Part shown: positions 19,784-30,000 of the stretch, one piece after another
Layout of the letters: each line of letters opens with the position of its first letter
How positions within the stretch are numbered: position 1 is the first letter of the stretch
Source of the DNA: Candidatus Latescibacterota bacterium
GTDB taxonomy: Bacteria > Latescibacterota > UBA2968 > GCA-2709665
Direction of reading: 5' to 3'
Length of the DNA: 64,000 bases
NCBI GenBank assembly: GCA_965248435.1
Contig: OZ252100.1
Coordinates: forward strand, 2,816,001-2,880,000
The notes under the pieces: model-generated
What the model was told of the DNA's origin: nothing
Database searches by the model: none
Seen by the model: only the letters and a program-made list of their open reading frames with translations
Program-made: the position numbers and the translations under genes

Positions 19784-19822
19784 CTTCGATATTCGATATT
19801 CATTATTTGACATTCGACATTC
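19784..19822. repeat. Second right-type heptamer arm downstream of the four-helix-bundle gene
   Basis: CTTCGATATTCGATATTCATTATTTGACATTCGACATTC, complementary to 19191-19230. Confidence 0.85.
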
Positions 19823-19850
19823 TCTTTTCATTCCACGGTGATTCAGCTTA

Positions 19851-22592
19851 ATGCCTAAAGAAAAAGAAAAGACTCCCCCACCGATTCCTGAGATCGACGA
19901 AAAAGAACTCGAGTCCTTCCTCGACGACGCGCTGAAGTCTGCAGAGGTCGAGGACTCGGGCGATGTCCTGGAACCGCTCGGTGAGCCGTCACATCGGCGC
20001 CTCAAGGTGAAGATCTCGCCGAACGGGATGGAGGCACACCTGGAGGCGGTATTCCTGGATACAACCTTTGATGAAGTACAGGAAGCGCTTCGTCGGGAGC
20101 GTGTGGTTTGGGGCGTCCAGGAAGAACCCATCAGAAGGGCGCTCCGCGCGGCGGATCGCACCGGCAGACACCAGGTCGATGTCCTTGTGGCCCAGGGTCG
20201 GCCCGCCGTCTATAAAAATCGCAAGGAAGTCACATATCCCTTCCTGGAAGGGATCCAGATGCCCGACTCAGGTGAGCCGGTCCACCTGGCTTCTTCCATA
20301 TTCCGGGACATCCGTGAGGTCATAGGCGGTACCGATATCGAAGGCATCCGCGGATACGGCAAGCCGGTCGTCGCGGCCGAGCCCGGCCAGGTGTTGATGC
20401 TCGTTCAGGGTGAAGACGTGATCGAGCCGGGGCAGGATGTGTTCGGCAAAGAGGTCCGAACCGTTTCCGAAGAGAAACCGAGCGCCTATAAACCTGGAGA
20501 TGGCGTGGACGCCCGGTCGGACGAATCGCTCGTCGCGAACCGATTCGGCTACATCTCGACCGTTGCTGGCCAGCTTGAGGTCGTTTGCCCCATCTGGATC
20601 TCGTTAGACAACATGGAGGCCTGGTTCGTCAACCCCCCTCAGCTCGGCGAGCACAAAGTCCCGGAACCTCAGGGTGTGCTGGAAGAGCTCGAGCACCTCG
20701 GGGTAACGTTTGGAACCGATGAGGCGGGCATCGGCGAGATGTGCGAAGACCTCCATAAGGGGGGACTAAGGGAATCCTGCGTGCTCGTCGCGAAGGGACG
20801 GCGGCCCAACCTTTCGAAGGGTCAGATCGGGTTCACGTTCGAGCCCCTGACCGAAGCCCGCTTTGAGGGGATCCGCACGGCGTTTCAGATGACCGACCTT
20901 TCGAAGCTTACGGAATCGACGATTCGGGTTCACGCAGTGCACGGCGGAGAGGTGATCGCCGAACAGGCGGTGGGCGAGGCCGCGCTCGGCCCCGGGGAGG
21001 ACCTTTTCGGACAGCCCGTCGCGCCGCCGGAAGAGGTGCAGGTGAAGAAGGCCTATAAGCCAGGCATCAACGTGCGTCGCGAGGAAGAAGAGGGCCGGAT
21101 CCGGTACGTGTCCGAGATCTATGGCTATGCCGGCGTCTTGGAGAATCGCATCATGGTTGTTTCTCCCATCTGGGTCTCGCCCGACAAGATGACCGCCTAT
21201 TTCGTCGCCCTGCCGCAACAGCGAGAGATCCTGCCCCGGGAAGCGGAGGTCTCTGTCCTGATCGATCGAGCCAAGATCCGCCACGGACTGGTCCACGAGG
21301 CGATCGGGAAACTCTGCCAGGCGTATCCGTCCGATGAAAGCCCTGAGGATTGGCCGGTCGTGATCGCTCGGGCGACGCCCCCGGAACCAGGCGACCACGG
21401 CACGATCGAGCTCCTCTACAAGCAGATGCCCGACCCCGGACGCCTTCTGGAGGGGGGCCGCATCGACTTTCGGGAGCGGGACGCCGTGCCCCAGGTCACA
21501 CCGGGTGAGCTGCTGGCGAAACGCAGCTTCCCCAAGCCGGGAAAGGACGGAACCGACGTTCGGGGAAAGGTCCTGAAGCCCCCGAAGAGCGAGCGCGGTC
21601 TCCTCTACGCAGGGCCGAATGTCGTCACCGAAGAGAAAAACGGCCTGATGCATTTTTATGCCTCCGGTGCGGGTTGGCCGCGAGTCGTGAAGGATACGCT
21701 CAGCGTGATGCAGCGGTTTCAGCACTCGGGAGACGTGGACTACCAGCTCGGCAACTTGGACCTGGAGGGCGACGCGGAGATCGAAGGTTCTGTGAAGAGT
21801 CGGTTCAAGATCGAGGCCACAGGGGACGTCGTGATCGGCGGCACGGTTGAGCGCGGAGCTAAAATAACGGCGGGCGGAAACGTCGTGGTGAAGGGCGGCA
21901 TCATCGGAGCGAAGGCCAGGGCTGGCGGCAGTCTTTATACCCGCTTCATCCAGGACTCGGAGATCGAGGTCGGTCTGGGATTGATGGTACGCAACTACGT
22001 CCAGGACTCGGACATTCAGGTCGGCGGAAAAGCCACGATTCAGGGCAACGAGGGTGGGGAGCGCAAGCTCTGTGTACTGGGTGGCTCGCTGCTGGCCGCC
22101 TCGGAGATCGACGCGGTGTCGGTGGGTTCGGCCTACGGGCGAAAGACGCAGGTGATCGCGGGGATCGATCCGGAGCTGGAGGCCCGCGCCGAGAAGTATC
22201 GGAAGGGACTTGCCTTCTCTGATCTGCGAAGCCGCAGGGCGATGCGGGGATTGCAGAACGTCGCCTCAGGCACGACCCTCAAAAAAGAGCATCTGGTCCA
22301 GGCCATCCGCAAGTCGCCTCCGGGCCGCAGGGACTTTCTCGTGCGCCAGCTGAAGGAGCTGGAGACGATGCAGAAACTGAAGGCCAGCCTGGAACACCAC
22401 ATCGAAGAGGTAGAGCAACAACGCGAGCAGGTCGCTGAGCACGGTTTCATCCGCGTTCCGGGCTCGGCCTTTCAGCGTGTCACGGTTAGGGTCGGGAGGG
22501 TCTACAAGGAGCTGGAGAAGGAGGTCCGGGCGGTCAAATTTCACCTCAACAGAGAGGCCAACCAGATCGCGCAGGAGGTCATCGCGGGGTAG
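19851..22592 (+). CDS. DUF342/FapA-family protein with a triplicated N-terminal module
   Basis: Three ISxDxMxA...GV.E.....VA.G..P modules, GGRIDFRE, GDVDYQLGNLDLEGD beta-helix, coiled coil. Confidence 0.85.
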   Translation: MPKEKEKTPPPIPEIDEKELESFLDDALKSAEVEDSGDVLEPLGEPSHRRLKVKISPNGMEAHLEAVFLDTTFDEVQEALRRERVVWGVQEEPIRRALRAADRTGRHQVDVLVAQGRPAVYKNRKEVTYPFLEGIQMPDSGEPVHLASSIFRDIREVIGGTDIEGIRGYGKPVVAAEPGQVLMLVQGEDVIEPGQDVFGKEVRTVSEEKPSAYKPGDGVDARSDESLVANRFGYISTVAGQLEVVCPIWISLDNMEAWFVNPPQLGEHKVPEPQGVLEELEHLGVTFGTDEAGIGEMCEDLHKGGLRESCVLVAKGRRPNLSKGQIGFTFEPLTEARFEGIRTAFQMTDLSKLTESTIRVHAVHGGEVIAEQAVGEAALGPGEDLFGQPVAPPEEVQVKKAYKPGINVRREEEEGRIRYVSEIYGYAGVLENRIMVVSPIWVSPDKMTAYFVALPQQREILPREAEVSVLIDRAKIRHGLVHEAIGKLCQAYPSDESPEDWPVVIARATPPEPGDHGTIELLYKQMPDPGRLLEGGRIDFRERDAVPQVTPGELLAKRSFPKPGKDGTDVRGKVLKPPKSERGLLYAGPNVVTEEKNGLMHFYASGAGWPRVVKDTLSVMQRFQHSGDVDYQLGNLDLEGDAEIEGSVKSRFKIEATGDVVIGGTVERGAKITAGGNVVVKGGIIGAKARAGGSLYTRFIQDSEIEVGLGLMVRNYVQDSDIQVGGKATIQGNEGGERKLCVLGGSLLAASEIDAVSVGSAYGRKTQVIAGIDPELEARAEKYRKGLAFSDLRSRRAMRGLQNVASGTTLKKEHLVQAIRKSPPGRRDFLVRQLKELETMQKLKASLEHHIEEVEQQREQVAEHGFIRVPGSAFQRVTVRVGRVYKELEKEVRAVKFHLNREANQIAQEVIAG

Positions 22593-22602
22593 AACACCAA
22601 GA

Positions 22603-22972
22603 GAAAATCGAATAACGAATATCCAACCGCAGAATGTCGAATGATGAAGGAAGGGCAAGAACAGTAGATGTTCCTATGTAGTTGCGGGCTTTAGCCTACG
22701 GCACCCCTCAACGGATTCGCGATGGGTGCTGGAACGTGAGGATTTGGGTCCCGTCATTCGATGGCGGGACCTATCTCGTTTGAAAATCGAATGTCGAATA
22801 TCCAACCGCAGAATGTCGAATAATGAAGGAAGGGCAAGAACAGTGGATGTTCCTATGTAGTTGCGGGCTTTAGCCTACGGCACCCCTCAACGGATTCGCG
22901 ATAGGTGCTGGAACGTGAGGATTTGGGTCCCGTCATTGGATGGCGGGACCTATCTCGTTTGAAAATCGAATG
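22603..22972 (+). repeat. 179-bp tandem repeat (2 full units plus 12 bp of a third, cut by IS30)
   Basis: Units start at 22603, 22782 and 22961. Each has a heptamer arm, a GTAG REP-like motif and a GGTCCCGTCAT/ATGGCGGGACC hairpin. Confidence 0.92.
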
Positions 22973-24027
22973 CCCGAGTTCAATAAGGAAGTGCAACACT
23001 TAGGGTAGCAACTGTCCTATCCTAAGTGTATGGGAAACAATTACAAGCATCTTACGATAGACGAACGCGAGCAGATTGCGCTTTGTCGAGCCACTGGTGC
23101 AAGCCTTAGAGATATTGCCAAGGCCCTTGACCGGAGCGCCAGCACGATTTCAAGAGAGTTGAAACGTAATCCGTCCCCGATAGCTGAGAGTTACTCGGGC
23201 CTCCAGGCTCACAGAAGGGCTGAGAAACGTAAGCGGGAGGCCGGCAAGCGGAAACGGCTGAAGAATCCGGTTATCCGGCGATATGTCGAGACCAAACTCA
23301 AGCAAGGATGGTCTCCCGAGTTGATCGCTGGGAGGCTTCCCGAGGAGCGTCCGAGCGCGGGTATCAGCCACGAAGCCATCTACCAGTATATCTACGATCC
23401 AAAGGTGCACAAGCAGCGGGATCTGGTTGCTTGCTTATCCCGAGCTCACAAAAAACGAAAGCCGCGGTGGCATACCCGAAAACACCGGGAAAGCCACATT
23501 CCAGGCCGTATTTCGATCGATCGACGTCCCCGTTACATCGAAAAACGGAAACAACCTGGCCACTGGGAATCCGACACCATCATCTCTCGTGAGAGCAAAC
23601 AGGCCGTTGGCGCTTGTCTTGAGCGATCGTCGAGATACCTACACCTGGCTAAGCTGGCAAAGAACGGACCCTCGGAGGTCGCCGAAGCGATTAATCGACG
23701 CCTTGGGCGACATCCTCCCCACATGAGGAAGAGCATCACATATGACAACGGATCCGAAAACGGCCAACATCAACGGGTCAACGAGGTGCTTGGCACCAAA
23801 TCCTATTTCTGCAAACCGTTCCACAGCTGGGAGCGAGGCGCTGTGGAAAACGCTATCGGTCTGGTCCGCAGATACCTCCCCAAGAAGACAGACTTCTCAA
23901 AGGTCAGCAAACACGAGTTAAAGAAAATTCAGAACCGGATCAACAACCGACCAAGAAAATGTCTTAACTTCAAAACACCAGCTGAAGTCTTCAAGTCCAA
24001 GTGTTGCACTTAGTCATTGAATCCAGC
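22973..24027 (+). mobile_element. IS30-family element, copy 2, no target duplication
   Basis: Matches 7812-8866; flanks ATG and AAA differ. Confidence 0.92.
23030..24013 (+). CDS. IS30-family DDE transposase
   Basis: Protein identical to 7869-8852. Confidence 0.97.
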   Translation: MGNNYKHLTIDEREQIALCRATGASLRDIAKALDRSASTISRELKRNPSPIAESYSGLQAHRRAEKRKREAGKRKRLKNPVIRRYVETKLKQGWSPELIAGRLPEERPSAGISHEAIYQYIYDPKVHKQRDLVACLSRAHKKRKPRWHTRKHRESHIPGRISIDRRPRYIEKRKQPGHWESDTIISRESKQAVGACLERSSRYLHLAKLAKNGPSEVAEAINRRLGRHPPHMRKSITYDNGSENGQHQRVNEVLGTKSYFCKPFHSWERGAVENAIGLVRRYLPKKTDFSKVSKHELKKIQNRINNRPRKCLNFKTPAEVFKSKCCT

Positions 24028-27000
24028 AAATCGAAATCGAAGTCCAGCAGCCCCGACAGTCCGCCGAAGTTCAGGTCCAGGGAGAAGGGATTCCAATCGG
24101 GGAAGCCCGGCAGGTCGATCTCGAAGTTAGCGATCAGGTCGATCAGGTCCTGGAAGTTCCCGATGAACAAGTCGAGCTGCGCCAGCAGGTCATCGAGGAA
24201 GCCCTTGAGCCCGCCGAACATATCCTCGAGGTTGAGATCGATACCGGGAATGGAGAAATCGAAGATGAAGTCGTCGAAGAGCCCGTCTAGGGCATTTCGC
24301 ATCATCGCCAGCAGATCCGGCAGCGAGAAGTTGCCCAGGTCGAGCAGGTCGCTGATATCGGGTAAGTCGATGTTCAGATTCCCGAAAAGGTCGGGGAAGC
24401 TGAAGCCGCTGAAATCGGGCAGGTCGGGAAGCGAGAAGCCGGGCAGGCTCGGGAAACCGGGCAGAGACGGAAACTCCGGCATGCCGATCGTAATCGTCGG
24501 CAGGTCGGGCAGCGACAGGCCGCCCAGTCCGGAAGTGTCGACGGTCAGGGGCAGCACGGCGGCGTAGTTCGTCGCTTTGTCGATCTGCAGCGACAGAATC
24601 GACGTGTCGCCGGCGTCCAGCTGCGCTTTTGTAATCCTTCCCTCGCCCTCGAGGGCAACGACGGCGCCCAGGTCGATGCTGCCGTTCACAATGCCGGCGC
24701 TCACCAACCCGAAGTCGACATCCGCGTCCACGTCCCCGTCGTGGAGCTGGGCACTGAATCCGAGGCTCGGATCCTTGACGTAGAAGGGGGAAACGCTGAG
24801 GCTGTCGCGGTCCGCCTTCAGGCCGTCGATGGCGATCTGGTCGATGGCGGCGTCGACCAGGGCTGCGGCGATCTGCGCATCCGTGGCGCTGCCGTCCCCT
24901 GCCAGGCCAAAGCCCTGCAGGTCCGCGGCTGCGGATCCATCATTCAGAGGATCGCCGTCGTTCAGGTTGTCGCGGTCCGCTTTCAGGTTGCTGAAGACCG
25001 TCGGATGGTTGGCGCTGACGACAGCAATCGTGATGTCGTCGTCGGTCGAGCTGCCGTCTCCCGGCAGACTGACCGCCACCAGGTTCGCAGACGCTGCGTT
25101 CAGATTGTCGCGGTCGGTCTTCAGACCGGCAATGGCGGTCTGGTCGGCCGAATCGGCCAAGGCCTCTGCGATCTCCACGTCCGTGGAGCTGCCGTCTCCG
25201 GCCAGATTGGCCGCCACCAGGTTCGCCGATGCCGTGTTCAGATCGTCGCGGTCGGTCTTCAGACCGTCGTAGGCAGCCGTATGGTTGGCGCTTACAACAG
25301 CGATCGTGATGTCGTCGTCGGTCGAGCTGCCGTCTCCGACCAGACCCGCGGCCACCAGGTTCGCCGCTGCTGTGTTCAGATCGTCGCGGTCGGACTTCAG
25401 ACCGGCGTAGGCAGCCGCATGGTTGGCGCTTACAACAGCGATCGTGATATCGTCGTCGGTCGAGCTGCCATCTCCGGCCAGATTGGCCGCCACCAGGTTC
25501 GCCGCTGCTGTGTTCAGATCGTCGCGGTCGGTCTTCAGACCGTCGTAGGCAGCCGTATGGTTTGTGCTTACGACAGCGATCGTGATATCGTCGTCGGTCG
25601 AGCTGCCATCTCCGGCCAGATTGGCCGCCACCAGGTTCGCCGATGCCGTGTTCAGATCGTCGCGGTCGGTCTTCAGACCGTCGTAGGCAGCCGTATGGTT
25701 GGCGCTCACGACAGCGATCGTGATATCGTCGTCGGTCGAGCTGCCATCTCCGGCCAGATTGGCCGCCACCAGGTTCGCCGATGCCGTGTTCAGATCGTCG
25801 CGGTCGGTCTTCAGACCGTCGTAGGCAGCCGTATGGTTGGTGCTTACGACGGCGATCGTGATATCGTCGTCGGTCGAGCTGCCGTCTCCGGCCAGATTGG
25901 CCGCCACCAGGTTCGCCGATGCCGTGTTCAGATCGTCGCGGTCGGTCTTCAGACCGTCGTAGGCAGCCGTATGGTTGGTGCTTACGACGGCGATCGTGAT
26001 ATCGTCGTCGGTCGAGCTGCCGTCTCCCGCCAAGCCAAAGCCCTGCAGGTTCGCGGCTGCGGATCCATCATTGAGAGGATCACCGTCGTTCAGGTTGTCC
26101 CGGTCCGCCTTCAGGCCATCGATCGTTGACTGGTCCGCAACCTCGACCAGTGCCGCCGCGATCTGTGCATCCGTCGAGCTGCCGTTCAGGCCCTCTGCCT
26201 GCAGGTTCGCCGACGACGTGTTCACCGTGTCCCGGTCCGTCTTCAGGCCATCGATCGTTGACTGGTCCGCAACCTCGACCAGTGCCGCCGCGATCTGTGC
26301 ATCCGTCGAGCTGCCGTTCAGGCCCTCTGCCTGCAGGTTCGCCGACGACGTGTTCACCGTGTCCCGGTCCGTCTTCAGGCCATCGATCGTTGACTGGTCC
26401 GCAGCATCGACCAGGGCCGCCGCGATCTGGGCATCCGTCGAGCTGCCGTCACCTAGCAGGCCAACCGCCTGCAGATTGGCCGCCGACGTGTTGACCGTGT
26501 CCCGGTCTGTCTTCAGACCATCGATCGTTGACTGGTCCGCAGCATCGACCAGCGCCGCCGCGATCTGGGCATCCGTCGAACTGCCGTCACCGGGCAGCAA
26601 AACGGCCTGCAGGTTGGCCGCCGACGCGTTGACCGTGTCCCGGTCCGTCTTCAGGCCGTCGATCGTTGACTGGTCCGGAGCATCGACCAGCGCCGCCGCG
26701 ATCTGGGCATCCGTCGAGCTGCCGTCACCGGGCAGGCCAACCGTCTGCAGATTGGCCGCCGACGTGTTGACCGTGTCCCGGTCCGTCTTCAGATTGTCAA
26801 AGGCGGTCGTTTGACTGTCGCTCACGACCGCAATGGTGATGTCGTCATCGGTCGAGCTGCCGTCACCGGGCAGACCAACGGCCTGCAGGTTGGCCGCCGA
26901 CGTATTGATCGTGTCGCGGTCGGCCTTCAGGCCGTCGATGGCGGTCTGATCTGCGGCTGCGACGTTTACGTCGACCAGCGCCGCGGCAATCTCTGCATCC

Positions 27001-30000
27001 GTCGAGCTGCCGTCGCCGGCCAGGCTCACCGCCTGCAGGTTGGCCGCTGCCGATCCATCGTTCGTGGCATCACCGTCGTTCAGATTGTCCCGGTCCGCCT
27101 TCAGGTCGGTGAACTGTGTCGCATGACTGGCGCTGACCACCGCGATCGTGATGTCGTCGTCCGTGGAACTGCCGTCACCGGTCAGGCCGACGCCCTGCAG
27201 GTTGGCCGATGCCACGCCTCTGGCGAGTACTCCCGCCGTGTCCAGGCCGAAGTCGAAGTCCAGTAACAGCCGGGTCGTCAGGGATGGGTTCAAATCGACG
27301 CTGAACCCGGGGATGGCGCTCAGCACGCTGCCCAGATCCAGGTTGGAGAGCACGGTGTGCTCCTCGACCACGAGGGCGGAAGTTAGACCGAACTCGAGAA
27401 GCGACGTATTCCGGGTGATCTCGAAACGCGCGCCCCCGCCGCCATCCACCAGCGCAAAGACGGCGTCTGTGCTCGAATCGGTACCCGACAGCCAGGCCGC
27501 CTTAAGGGGATCCAGGACATCGGCGTCGATGGCGTCGCTGAGATCCTGGGCGAATGCGGTAACGAATCCAACATCACCGAATTCGGCGAAGCTGTCGGGA
27601 AGCAGGTCGGCGAACGTGTCGCCGATCAGGGGCAGGGACTGACCCAGGAAGTCCTTCAGCTCCTGGATCGTGTTCACGCCCGTCGCCAGATCTGTGGTCC
27701 AGGCCTTCAACGCCTCCAGGCCACCGATGATCGTCTGTTGCAAGCCCGGGTCGATGATGACGTTGGCCTGCTCGTAGGTGTTGGCCCCCCGGCCGCCCCT
27801 CAGTGTTTCCACGCTGAAGTCGGTAGTTACCGTATTCGGAGTGCCGGCGCCGTCGGTCACCACCACGCTCCCGCCCAACGCCGTGATCAGATCCACCGCC
27901 GTCGCGTCGCCCGCACGACCGATGTCGAACGTCAGGTCTTCGGTCACCGCCGAGAAGTCGAGGGCGTCGTCGCCCTCTCCGGCATTCTCATCCACAGTGT
28001 CCTGCCCGAAGGTGTCGGCGAAGAGATAGATGTCATCACCGGCACCGCCCCGCAGCGTGTCGCTACCCCCCCCACCGGCCAGCACATTGGCCCCGCCGTC
28101 GCCCGTAATGTCGTCGTCATCGTCACCACCGACGATGTTCTCCACGCCGCTGACGTCGGCGATCGTCAGGCCGTCGGCGGTGTGCGTGACCGTGTCGGAT
28201 GCCTGCGTCAGGTCGACGGTGATCGGGATCTGGAAGCCCTCGAAGCTCAACGTATCGGCGCCGCCTTTGCCGTCGATCGTGTCTTTCGGCGCGTTGCCGG
28301 CGTTCCAGCTCCCTGTGGTGAAGAAATTGGCTTCGTCGTTCCCGATGAGGGTGTCGGACGACATCTGGGTGCCGAAAACGTTCTGGATGTTGCTGACGCT
28401 GTTGGCCGCCTCAGCGTTGATGCCCGTAGCCGACTCGGCATCGATACCGCTCTCGGTGGTGTCGCTCAGATTGACCTGGACTCCGGATGTGTAGAGCGAG
28501 TAGTCGAGGGTGTTGACGCCCCCGCCGCCGTCGATGCTACCGCCGAAGGTGGCTCCGTCTTTGAAGGAGAACAGATCGTTTCGTGCGCTCCCGATAATGT
28601 CGTCGATGCCGCTGGCGTTGAGGGCGAGCGTATTCGCCGTCGTTGGAACGGAGATGCCGCGCACGGTGAAGCCACCGTCGCTCACCGTGATCTTCTCGGC
28701 TCCGGCGTCGATTTCGAGGGTGACCTTCAGATCTTTCTTGAGGGCGGAGAAGTCGACGGTGTCGCCGGAGCCGCCGCTGTCGGTCAGCGTATCGGCGCCC
28801 CAGCCCTTTGAGAACAGGAAGGTGTCGTCGCCCAGTCCGCCGTCCAGCGTGTCGTCGCCCTTGCCGCCCGTAATCGTGTTGTTACCCGAGTCACCCGTGA
28901 GGGTGTCCGCTGCGGAACTGCCGATGATGTTGAGGATGTTGGCCACGCCGTTCGTGCCGGTAGCCGAGCCGGTGGCACCCGCGCCGGCGCCTGGCGTCCC
29001 CAGGTCTACGGTAAAACCACCGCCGCTCGTGTCGGCCTTGGAGTAGTCGATCGTGTTGGTGCCGCTGCCGCCGTCGACGACGAGGGAGCTGGCCGCAGCT
29101 GTCCCCAGGATGCGGATGGTGTCGTTCCCGCTGCCGCCGATCACCTTCTCCACATCCGTTGCGGTGATCTTGTGGCCCGTGAGGATGTTGCCATCCTTCA
29201 CCGTCACCGTGGTCACGCCGTTCTCGGTGCGGATCGAGATCGTCAGATCCACGGTGATCGCGGAGAGGTCGAGTGTCCCGGTGGCACTGCCGTTGTTGGC
29301 AGCGTCGTCGATGTCGATGGAGGTCGTGAGCTTGCCGCTGCCGTCTGCCTCGAAGACATAATCGTAGCTGCCCGCACCGCCAGCGACGTTCTCTATGTGG
29401 GAGAGCGCCGCTGCCGCCACCGTCACCGTGTTGGCGCCCGCGGCACTCACCAGCGAACCGTCGGTCTTGAAGGTGTGCGTCAGCGCAGCCGTGACGGCCG
29501 CTACGGCCGGGACGGAGGGAATATTGTCCGCCGGTACGGCCGTGATGGCGGCCTGGCCGGCAAAGCTGATCGTGTCTGTTCCGCCCAGGATCTTCTCTAC
29601 GACCGTATCCTGTCCCCAGTTCCCCGTGAACAGGTAGGTGTCGCTGCCCCGTCCGCCAACGAGGGCATCTGCATCCGCCCCGCCCTCCAGCACGTCTGCG
29701 CCTCCCCCTCCGCTCAGGGCGTCTGACCCGAGCCCGCCGAAGATCTGATCTGCGCCACCGTCGCCCGACAGCGTGTCGACGTCGTCTCCCCCGAACAGGA
29801 AGTCTCCACCGCTCCCGCCTTCCAGCGTGTCACCCCCGGTACCGCCGGTGAGCACGTCAGTGCCCGCGTCCCCCTCGAGCGTATCCGCCCCGGCGTCACC
29901 CGTCAGCAGGTCATCCCCCTTGCCCCCGCTGAGCGTGTCGGCGCCCCCGCCCCCGCTCAGGACGTCATCGTCTCTGTCGCCGGTCAGGGAGTTGTCGACG

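Noticed and set aside
22603-22972. CRISPR array
   Set aside because: The units are 179-bp near-identical tandem copies with no unique spacers, and there are no cas genes.
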